This document shows, in pieces, positions 1 to 15,791 of a stretch of DNA of 64,000 bases. Position numbers and translations under genes: made by a program. The stretch spans positions 1 to 64,000 of the forward strand of contig JALMLS010000379.1 of the NCBI GenBank assembly GCA_038496445.1. Reading direction: 5' to 3'. The stretch's first letter is position 1. Each line of letters begins with the position of its first letter. This stretch comes from Trichosphaerium sp. ATCC 40318. Lineage: Eukaryota; Protista; Tubulinea. Under the pieces are notes generated by a model. It saw only the letters and a program-made list of their open reading frames with translations. It searched no databases and was not told where the DNA came from.

Positions 1-4643
<4,643 letters not shown>

Positions 4644-5584
4644 AATACACAATTTAGGTTTACTAACACAATGCAATAAACATTTATGTAACTGTTTTAA
4701 CGCTTTTTTTTTTTCGTTTTTGGCTTTTCTTGTTGACCATCATTGAACAAGGGTTACTGACTTTCAAATAAAACAAGCCAAAAACAAAAATACAGAAAGC
4801 GAAAGAAGTAACTTCTAGTTTATTGCAAAAGGTTAACACTTATTCAGTAAACCAAACAAAATCTCCAAATCGGTACTATGGCTATTTGTGTCCTAGTTGG
4901 CTTTAGTTCATTATCTTCCAAGTGCCCAAAAGTTTCATTCTTGATTGAACAAGGCGCTTTACTCACACCCGTTAGATTGTAAGTTACTGTTGAGTTGAAA
5001 ATAAATAGATTTTGAATGAACCTTGTATTTCATAACCGCTGGAATAGAAGCTGCTTTGCAAACATAGATTCTAATATTTAAACGCTAGTGCTTCTCACTT
5101 TCCACACTAATCACATCATTGGTTTTAAGTACTATTCAAGAAATCGATAGCTTCAGAGGCTACATGTGAGATTCTCATTAGATTTTGTCCACAAGAGTGG
5201 AAGGAGTGAAAAAAAGTTAAGGGGTCTGTTTCGAAAATTGCCAAAAAAAAAATCAATCATGTGATTGAAACTATTCTCAATTACATTCGGAAAAAGTCGC
5301 TCAAGCAATAGATAGGTAGTTTTTTGTTGCATAGAACGTATTTTAAGCGATCAAGACATCCAACTGGCGCATTATTAAAGATATTGCACGACACAAAAAG
5401 TTAAAAAATCTTGAAAGTGTTTCACTCTCTTCTACGTAAGGAAACAATGCGTAGAGCACCAACAGCATCCAGAGAATGTTTTTCGTCGATATTCACAGTG
5501 ATGGGAAGTTTATTGACTCGATGTACATCACGTCAAAGCTTGTCAAAAGGCACTTTACATCCTCCACTAAGGAAGAAAACCAAT

Positions 5585-6992
5585 ATGAGCTACAAGAAAC
5601 CCTCTTCTGATTCTAGTACGTCACAATACCACGTGACCTTCAACAGTTCTATTTCGCTTACAACATTTAGACAATAACACAAAGTCTATCCCATACGGAC
5701 GGGCAGGGCCCAGTGGATCGCCACACATAGCTTGTGCGTACTTTTTGAATTCGTTTTTTACCAGTTTCATCAACAGCTTCGTTAACGGTTTTAGTTAACG
5801 AGCCACCAGAGCCACGAAGAACGGCTAACTGCTCTCCTGAACCAAAGTACGTAGAGTAAATCAACTACTTTTTATTTTATTTTACACCGTCACTTGTTTT
5901 TGACGTCATAAAAAAAATAAAAATCTCCTTTGCTTACAATTTGCTATAGAGCGTCACCGACAATAGATAATGTGGACCTCTCCAACCACATATTTAAGAG
6001 TACGTTTTTTATGTTTTGTGTTCACGTTGCTAATACCAACTTAGTAAACTGCGAGCAGCAAACAGAAGAACCTGAACAGCTGCTTGATTTTGAGTACGTT
6101 TTCAGACTTTTTTTTTCACCTAAACTGCGCTCTAACGACTTTCTCAGTCTACCAGAGCGTAAAATGGTTTTAGATAGGAACGGTAATCGCTCTGCCGGCG
6201 ATTGGAAACACATAGGGCAGTTAAATGCATCGGTTTTTAATAAAGCCACACGGTTGCTCTGCCACTTGATTCGTCATGTGGTAGAGCAAAGCGCTATCAA
6301 GGTATCTTGGAGAGGCGCATACAGCGAAATACGAGACCTTCCAGGCTGGAGGGCGTTTTTCGAAAACAATTGGACGGAGTTCTATACCTTGCTCGGCTTG
6401 AACACGGTCGAAAGAGAAGAGCTTGATTACTGCCTTTACCGACTAGTGGAGAACAGGCATATGGTTGCACACGACGGTCAAAAACCGTTAAAAAAAGTGT
6501 CTGGTTTTAAGTTTGCAACGAGTATGACTGATTCATTCTATTTTGTAAGGAGAAGTTTCAAAATAATAACTGGTAAAGTGCCAGCAGAAGCAGAAACATC
6601 TCGACTCTTCATCGGTTCGTACATTCAACAAACAGTTGTTTTTGTTCCTTTTTTTTTCTTGTTTTTCAACGCTAACTCTATATGTAGACTGTATGAGAGA
6701 TATGCTCGAAGAATTCAACTTCTTGATGGAGAATAGAGAGGGTTTTTACACAGAAACCGAGGTGCAACAAATTGTTTGTGAACACCAAATAGAAAATGAA
6801 GCACTTCGAGCAGAAAACAGAAAACTGCAACTAGAAAATAAGCTCTTGAGGAGGTTGGTGGACATCCCAGAAAAGAAAGAAAACAAAAGAAAGAGGGAGA
6901 AGGACGAAGAAGATGAAGAAGACAGTAATGAAGACAAGGACTTAATTGAACATCATCCAAAAAAAAAACAGCGAAAGTCACCATTAAACTGA
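5585..6992 (+). CDS. Hypothetical protein with HEPN-like RxxxxH motif, coiled coil and acidic/basic (NLS-like) tail; 5 introns
   Basis: Exons join in frame from ATG 5585 (MSYKKPSSDS) through GT-AG introns. RHMVAH at 6455-6472; C-terminus ENEALRAENRKLQLEN...PKKKQRK. Confidence 0.6.
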
Positions 6993-7801
6993 CTTTAATT
7001 AACTCTTCTCTAAAACCTTTTTCAATATAAAACTTGTACAGTAATTGACTTAAATAGAATAAATATAATTAGATTAGTTAGATTTCGTAAGTCTACTATT
7101 GACAGCTTTTTTTGAGTAACGAAACACTATTTTGGTCTTTTCGTGTTTTTAGCTTCTATTTGTTAGGTGTTAAGTCTTATCCTCACCCTAAGTTCAACCA
7201 AACATCTTACCTTTCTCACCAAGCGATGGAGACTGTGGGTGCAGGTATCTAAAGTTCACTACTACCAAACGATATAATCCTTTTCTGACAAGCGTAGCAC
7301 GTGCAATTAGCCAAAGTCGTATGCTTTCTTTGGTTTGTTACATTAAAGGTTGTATTGCCTCCAAGAGTTTACATTATATAACGGTGCGGAGATGTGAAAT
7401 CATAAAGACGTATCGCACATGACCGTAGAAAACAGGAATCTAAACACTCAAACTTATTTTGACGAACTGCTTGGCGCTACTGAAAACATAGTTTGAACAC
7501 CCACATGCTCACAAATAATTTAGTGTCTTGTTTCAGTCAGCAATAACGTTCCAACAATAACAAGCTAATTTTTACTTTAGAATGCTCTTAAAGTAGCACG
7601 GTACTGTCAAAGGACTCCATCAATTTAAACTGTGAAAGAGATCCGTTATAACAGAGGGATAACGTATGATTTAAAAATACAACCAAATCTGTTAGCACAT
7701 TCTGCTTTTCTAATGTCATCATCGTTAAGGCACTACCGGGAAGGTATTATTATTGTACTTTGCTTTTTACAGATTTTCGAGCATAACATGCAACATAACT
7801 T

Positions 7802-9452
7802 TTATATAGTGGCTATTCTGTCGTTTAAGAACTTATCCTTTACAACATCTATAACTTGACTCATTTTTGTGGTATCCAAAGCGCTAAATTAAACACGTCA
7901 ATAATCATAATCAGTACCATTATCTCATGTACCAAGTTGCGTGACAATGTATTAAGTGCCTATCACGCCTCTTTACACAGCCTAGAACCTTCACTTCAAT
8001 CAACTGCAAGGCTATAAAATGTTGTAAGCAAATCTTTTGAGATGGTTTGGTTTTTTTCGCTTACCTTCTAAAGTTGATGGTTCTTTGGGTACAGTGGGGT
8101 ATTGCTTCATAAATTTTGAAGCCCCTCGAGTTGTTTTAAGCCTTTTACTCAGTATATCAACCTTGTTTAAGAATACAACCATTGGTTTGTTCTACAAAGA
8201 GAAACCTTGTCAGAAAGCAAAAAAAACGTTTCCTGTCTCATACGTACATGAAAGACAGGCATGTTGGCGTGTTCTTTCCATAGATTTAATGCAGTATTTA
8301 ATTTTGTACTAGTTTTATCTTCTGGATCTTTAACATCATACTCATCAACAGCAATAATAAAAATGACAGCCATGACATGGTTAAAAAAGTGAAGCCTGTT
8401 TTTGTATACATTAAAAAAAAGTCAAACCAGCTTCGCAAGCGTACCATTTCCTTCTTTCTGTACGTTGTCCACCGACGTCTACGATATGCCACATGTGTTT
8501 GCCCACAGAGCATCTAGTCTCAACCACGCCAGTAGTGCTTTGTCGAGCTTGTAAAATATCTGCGTGGCTAGGCTGGTATCTAAAAAATAAAACTTAGATA
8601 TTTTGAAAAACTTTCTTGTATCTTGCTACATACGTTTCTCTAGTAATACTAATTGCTTTGTTCATCAAATGAGATACATTATGCATAAAAGTAAATTGAT
8701 TCTGTTCCCAATAAGTAAGCACTAAAGTGAGGATTAATCAACTGCGTAAAAACGACTCAAATTGCTGTGATAGTAACCTTTTTCGTTCTTCCAAAGCTTG
8801 GATATATCCTTCCCAAGTTCGGGGGATATTTCAGAGTTATATGGATTTAATTTCATCATAGAATCGAGTAATTTAAGCAACTCCTCGTCGTCTCCCTGGT
8901 AAAAAAAAATCGATCAGAAAAAAACGTTACATGGCACGTGACAACAAAAAAAAGTTTCAAATTTAGTTCACAAAAAATACCTCGTATTGGTCCAAAAATC
9001 TGGCGGATAAATATTTAGCACTCTCTATGAGGTTCTTTTGTATTACAGTCCTATATAAAACGATTCAGTTTTTATTTAGAAGGAGAAAGGTCCGACCTAA
9101 AGTTAGCCATTTCGGCATCTGAAAATGAACCATAAAGAGTCTGTATTTGCTTACGAATAGTCTGAAGGTATATATTAGTGGTAAACAAGGCGTAATCGGA
9201 AGTACCGATTTACCAGAACCAGAGATGCCCAACAGGAGTAAATCCAAGTTCCACTTACGCTCCTAGAGCCATTGTAATTACGGTAGTGTATCGTTTAAAA
9301 TAAAACAATAAAACAACCCACAAAAACGACAAATTGGGCACGGTTGATGAAGAAATACATATGGCACGTGATATTACCTCTTTCGCACGTTTTATCATAT
9401 CATCAGCGTATGCACGAGGCCTTGCATTAGCTATACAAGCTACTTGACCCAT
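7802..9452 (-). CDS. Heterotrimeric G-protein alpha subunit with atypical P-loop
   Basis: MGQVAC N-terminus (myristoyl/palmitoyl-like), LLLLGISGSGKS, ARQSTTG, DVGGQRTERRKW, FLNKVD and TCALD motifs across exons. Confidence 0.92.
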
Positions 9453-9871
9453 TGAACGATACAAACAGACTAAATAACGTAACTCGTGCGTCGGACTAAA
9501 AGTACATTAATTTTTTTCCGAAAAACAAACTCCGAACGTTTTGGGGTTAAGGATGGAACAAAATATCACAAACAGCAAATTTTATAACGGACTAGATAAA
9601 GTTCAAAAAGGGCAAAAATAAAACTGCCAGAAAGGAATGAGCAGTTTTAGAATGTTTTGTTCAAATTGTCTCCACGTGTTCCTGTTTAAAACCTGCGAGC
9701 ATACGTACACCGCTTATGCCAGAGAAACATACCACTTTAAGAAGGTGTAGTTATCGAGTTTTTATATTTTCTAGAGATCCGTCCTCGCCCCAAAAATAAA
9801 GCTTTACGCACAGGTATGTTCTCAAGGCTTGTAACGCCAAAAGAGGAAGAAATGACCAATCTCTTGGATTT

Positions 9872-11290
9872 CTATAGAAATAAACCACTGCTTGATACCA
9901 AAAGTGCTCTGTAATAAACGATTACAAATGTACTGTTGAAAAAATGTGGTGCCTTTGCGATGACTTCTTTGCAGAGCTTGATAGTAAGGCTTTTTTCCAT
10001 TTGTATTGTGGATATGCCAAAGAAAGAGAATAGGCAAGGTTATTTAATACAACACCTCCACCAAACTCATGACGCATTTGGTTCTGAGCAAGTCTGTACC
10101 AATCATCTGGGTTCTTAACATTTAATTTTGTAGCAACACTATTTATAAAAGCCTTGACATTAATATCACTCTTCCATGCATTCCTACTGACGCGTCCTTT
10201 GAACCAAAATCAATGAGTGGTTTTAATAAAGACGATAGTATGTACTGAATCCATTAAATCGCCAAAAGGTCCATTCTACGTTTGTATACACTGAGGATAA
10301 TAAGGCAGCAAGAGAATAATCGCAATGACTTTTTTGTTGTTAATTCGGATGTTTCGGTTCAAGACTCACCTCAGAACAACACGACCGCCTTCTATTGTTT
10401 CTATTTGTTCCCTACTAACGCTGTACCAGTCTTCTAGCGTTGTGAGACCCATGTGTTCTTCTACCTAAAGGAGAATATTAATATTCTTTTCGTAATCAGA
10501 TAACAAGCATACATTGTGAACAAACTTTGTCTTATTCTTTTGTAATGACCAGCGACTTGGTAATGGTTGTCTGGTTTGCTTTGATGAAACTGAAATGTAT
10601 CTATTAGTCAATGTTATTTGTTTCAAAAGAGCTTACTGAATCGGGATGGCGACCAATTATAATCAGGATAAAAATCGTTTAAAAACTTTTGAACAGAACC
10701 ATACTGCCTACATAAAAATTAGCTCAAGTCTCGTACCTATGAATTTACCCAACCAACCCAGATCCTCCAACACTTCGCATTTGAGTGTTTGTTATACGAT
10801 ACCAATCTTTCATATCACGAATTCTTAGTGACTGTTTAACCTAAAAAAAATGGGTGAATCTTCTAAAAAGAACTGTTGTGACATACCGACTCAACAAAGG
10901 CTTCTTGGTTATCTCTTGACTGCCAAAACCTTTGAGGAACTTTCTTAAAATACCATGGTATCCAATTATACTGAGGGTATACTTCAGATAGCATAGCGTG
11001 TAAACTACCATCGTAGAATCTAGAAAAAAAATACATAAGACCAAGTTGCAACGAATCATTAGAAGTCGTACGCAAGCACTTGCTTGCCACCCACAGCAAT
11101 CACCTCTAAGCCATTTACACCATACCAATCTTCTAAACGTTGAATACCAAGGGCTGTCTCAATCTAGAAAAGCTACTATTAAACAACCGAAAAACACAAA
11201 AAGAAAAGTACAAATATGGAAAAGCACGTGCTTGTTTGATTGTGGCCAAACGCTGCAAAGGAAGTCTCTCACGCGATCGTCTAACGGCAG
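9872..11290 (-). CDS. Hypothetical W-rich repeat protein (LGI..LEDWY.V...GG / YP.Y.W.PW.F..VP..FW repeats); 5' end unresolved
   Basis: Repeated units IETALGIQRLEDWYGV, VYPQYNWIPWYFKKVPQRFW, LNVKNPDDWY, AYPQYKW and KKSSQR in minus-strand exons. Confidence 0.6.
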
Positions 11291-11767
11291 CTAAATACAC
11301 ATTATTTCATGCCTAAGTTGGATAGCACGCACAAAAGTGATTTGAAAGGCGTTGTTTACGAAAACTTGTCTCGTTACTGTCACTACTGTTTTAGCATGAG
11401 GAACGATAACCATTAGATGTCTTACGTGTGATAGGCTCGCTTGGCAGCTCGTTGTACGAGTTTATAGCGAACAGAGCATTGTGTATAAGTATTAGGCTTA
11501 GAGCGAACGCATATAGCGCCTAGATGATTATTAAGGTGTATACGCATAGTAAAGCAATAAACGGAATTATTTGCTCAAAATCGGTGATAACTGATTCTTC
11601 CAGCAAGAAACACGCACACGTATGTCTGTTACAGCGCACAATCATCTCTCAGTTAACGTTACTTCAATAAAGAACAAACAAGACTTTTCAAAAACTTTTG
11701 TTTTACTGTTGGGTGATAAAAATAACAGTATTCAAAGTAGTCTCCTGTTGGAGCTGGCAGCATGACT

Positions 11768-14699
11768 TTACGCCTTTGATTGCTTTAACTCATTCTGTAC
11801 CCAGTTTTCAAGGCCTCCTGTAATTACTAACGCCTGTACAGCTTGTCCCAAAGGTGCAAAAGGAAATTTGTTATCGCCAATCTCAATGACAGAGTTTTCA
11901 AAATCGACAACAGATTTTTCTGCCAATCTTCGTGTCAAAACGTTTTCGGAATCTCCATAAGTCTTACGCATATGCTCAATTACCTCAGGTGATTCTATGC
12001 AAATAAAGCCATTATTCCAAGCGTTTCTGCGGTAGGTTTCACTGAAGGAACCGGCAATTACAAGAGGTATGCCTACATTAGATAAATAAAAGTTTAAGGT
12101 TTTTTGGTCGTACCTTTATGTTTAAGTGCGGTTACAGCCTGCTCTCTTGAACTTCCTGTACCAAAGTTGAAGCCCGAAACAACAAGATCTCCTGATTTTA
12201 CTATAGACGCGAAGTCTTTATCATAGTTTTCCATAACTACTTTGGCTTGCTCCTCTACATGTAAATTAAAATAAATCAATTAGGTATAAGTCGCTTCATG
12301 CCTGCTGTAATTTGTTCGTTGTACGTGTACTTTCCAGGGTATATTCCGTCAGTGTTGAGGTTATCCTGATCACATATTACTAGAGGTGCTTCAAGCCGTT
12401 TTGGGAAGCTACAAACAAAGTTAAAAACCATCTAAAACAGCTAAGTATTGTTTACCCTTCAAGTATATTGACAGCTGCGCTTGATTGTGACTTTATCTAT
12501 TAAAGATCAATTAGTACTCTAAAGCAAAGATGCTTGAGTCTTGCCTCGTTTTTCTCAATTGAGTAATCTAATGGAATACTATCATGATCTTGAGCTCCAC
12601 TGATGTATCCTTTGATTGCTGAAGCTGCCACGACCTCTGGAGATGCCAAGTATGCTTGAGCATTTCTACAATGTTACAATAAGTAAAGTAAAACTATACA
12701 TAACGAATGAATTACCTGGAACCCATACGACCTTTAAAATTTCTGTTTGTAGCTGAGATACCAACTTCGCCATCTCTTAGCAAAAAGTTATGCCAGAGCT
12801 CTATGGCTTCTAGAAATTTACGCACTCAAGAAGGCCCTTTCCCAGTCCAATGCAAGGACCACATCCAGGAGGAAGTGGATTGGCACCTGAAGCCAGTAAG
12901 GCTTGCCAATCGCCAGCCAATTGTGAGTCTCTTTCGACTATTTCAACAATTAATTAACTCAAAAAAGATCAGAGTTTACCTTCGCTAGATGCTGCTGCAA
13001 TGTATAGTTCGACATGCTCAGCAACCTTGTTACCTAATTGTATGTTACTAATGCGATTAATACCTTTGGTCAAATGGTACCCTTCAATATTTCTGCAGCA
13101 CGTGCTAAATCCTCTTTTCGTGAATTAACACAACTAGATATAAACTTAGCAACCATATCGTTGTGCGTATGTTAATACCTGACAATGTACGCCTTGTTTA
13201 TCTTGATCTTTTTTTCTTGTACTTCGGATACAGATGTCATAACTTTCACGTGATTTGGTCCTGACACATGTGGCCTTACAGTAGCCTACCAAGACGTTAA
13301 AAAATTGTTTCACTGATTTCAAACAAACGCTGTACCAAGTTAAGTTTTAATGTCTTGTTGTATGGAGCGCCCTCATCTGGAGTTAATTTATCCTTAAGCT
13401 CGCTCAATTCTTTTATAGTTTCGTTGTTATATCTTGGGTGACCATCACGTAAAACACGCTACAAGATAATTAAAAAAAGTTGCAGATTATGAAAATAACT
13501 TCACCTTTCTGTTTTCAACCCAAGCCAAGGTAGCATCATCAACAGGAAACAATCCAGCCATGGCCCCCTACTTGTAAATGAGCGCTATGTTATATAACGG
13601 CGCACCGCACCCACTCAGTCGTCATGTTAGCAATAGTTAGTCTATCGTCAATTGAAAGGCATTTGACACCTTCGCCAACAAATTCAACAGCATGGTTAAG
13701 TACTTCATCCTGAAGGATTTGTAAGACATGAGGCATAGTATTACTATTACACATACCTTATTGAATAAGCCGCACAAAGTGATAATAACATCTTTCCCTG
13801 ACACACCAGGAGCGAGCTTGTTTGTTAATTCGACTACATAAAACATTAATAATGTAATGTTAACAATAATAACTCGCCTCTAGCGACAGGTGGTACTGCC
13901 CACCACGTCTGCTCAGTGGCCCAAATACCTGCAGCATCGGTACGCACTACAGGAGTACCAAGACATCCCAAACTAATCATTATAAATCATAAGCCGTAAA
14001 TGAAGTTTGGACCTACCCTCCATACATATTGGAATGAGAATCAGAACCTACAACAAGACTTCCTGTAGCATTCAAATTAGCATTGCATGTCATTAGAATA
14101 CGTACCAGGGAAGGCATAACCTTCTTCGCACATTACTTGGTGACCAATACCTCTACCAGCAGGGTAAAAGTCTATGCCGTGCTAGTGGAGCACAAGTCAC
14201 ATTCAGAAGTTAAATAACAAAACCGTACTTGTTTCGAGAACTTTTCAATAGATGCGTATTTCGCTATGTTTTGATCGGATTTGTTTTGTACGTCGTGGTC
14301 AAGGGCAAATACAGGTTGTTTGGAGTTTGAAACTGTAATAGGGAACGAAAGCTCTCTACCAATAGCCAAAAACTTTTTCATTACCGCTGCCGTATCTGTG
14401 ACGTTTATAATAAGCGCCTGCACTTCGAAAATATTATTTGACACGTACTGTCGTGCGTCATTACATGTTTTGGCTTTATTTGGACATAAGAGCCAGGTGT
14501 GATGTCTCCAGAACCTACCGAGTATCGTTCTACAATCTTTTCTACCTACAACTTTATAAGCACCTAGAAAACACTTAATTCGTGTGCCAACCATTGTTTT
14601 AGGGCGTTGATTCTGCGTAGACAGTGTTCTTTCACAATTATACTTGTGAGCTGTGCCTATCCTTATCCTCAAAGCGCGGTTCGCGCGTATTGCAAGCAT
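11768..14699 (-). CDS. LYS4: Homoaconitase (alpha-aminoadipate lysine pathway), mitochondrial presequence
   Basis: Aconitase-family motifs [59 protein letters not shown], and fused small-subunit motifs [14 protein letters not shown] and [13 protein letters not shown]. Arg-rich N-terminus. Confidence 0.92.
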
Positions 14700-15693
14700 C
14701 CTGGTCGCTGTATAGGCTGGTAAACAATATGTAGGGACCTGAGGTCTAAAGCAGTCAAAATACTACTTACGTTTTGGGAACAACATGCTGTAGCAACTAT
14801 GGCACGATAAAATGCGTAAATTAGAAGTGTCAAAAAGTATGTGAACGCTTTGTACATTGGATGCCTAAAACCTTTTTGTCTGTAAGGTACGTCGTAGATA
14901 TTGGTTAAAAGAACCGTTTATTAAGTAGCGCTGACATAGTTATAACGCGTCAAGGTACATCACATTGTCTTGTTTTGTATTGTCATTCATTCCAGTCAAA
15001 TTACAATTACTGCTAACATCACAAGTCACAACATGTGAGGATTTTATGCATTCTCCTTTTGCGCAGGGAACGTCTATAGCGTTGCAAAGATCTTAAAGGC
15101 ATTGAACAAGAGCTTTTGATACATTCACAAAGAAGAATTGTACTCATGATTCCTTTTTTTCTGGTATTTTATGACGGCTTGTAACGCTTTGCCAATTAGG
15201 GGCACAAGGTTTTCGCTCTTGTGCTGATACAACATTGCATTTAAACGGCCAAAATTAAATCGTGTGGTGATTTCTACACCATTTCCAATAGGCCAAGGTT
15301 GCGCAGCGCGAGCGATTTTAGGGGACAACCTTAAAATGGGCAAAACGGAGTAACTGAGGACTCCACGCAAAAAATATCGTGGCGCTTGAGTTGCGTTGCA
15401 ACTATGACTTGGAGCACCCAGTCATAGTTGGTGACGCAACGGTTACTCCTTCTGCTATAATTGCTCCGTTTTTGTGGTCTTAAAAGTCTGCTTTTTGGTA
15501 CAACCTTCCATTATCATCAACTTTGCTAGTAGCTACCTAATACGTGCGAATGGCGCCTAATTTTGAGTCTGAAAGGTCAGCGGAACGTAGTTACGATAAG
15601 CTCGCTGCTTTTGACAAAAGACCTTGTATGTACTGTAAAGTAATTTTACGCTGCGTTGTTTACAAGAGATGTGAAGTTTTTTTTGTGAGTTTT

Positions 15694-15725
15694 TTTGGCG
15701 CACTTTTTTGTTTTTTCGCGCCAAA
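15694..15725 (+). promoter_or_regulatory. E2F-binding sites in RB promoter/5' leader
   Basis: TTTGGCGC (15694-15701) and the overlapping double site TTTCGCGCCAAA (15714-15725), 66 bp before the RB ATG. Confidence 0.7.
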
Positions 15726-15791
15726 CCGCAACACTCATTTTCAAACGGCCACAATAAAATTCTCCACAACGTGTTACCTGTTGGGCATAAA

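Noticed and set aside
15347-15450. Hammerhead ribozyme (CTGAGGA in a three-way junction)
   Set aside because: No GAAA between stems II and III and no NUH cleavage triplet.
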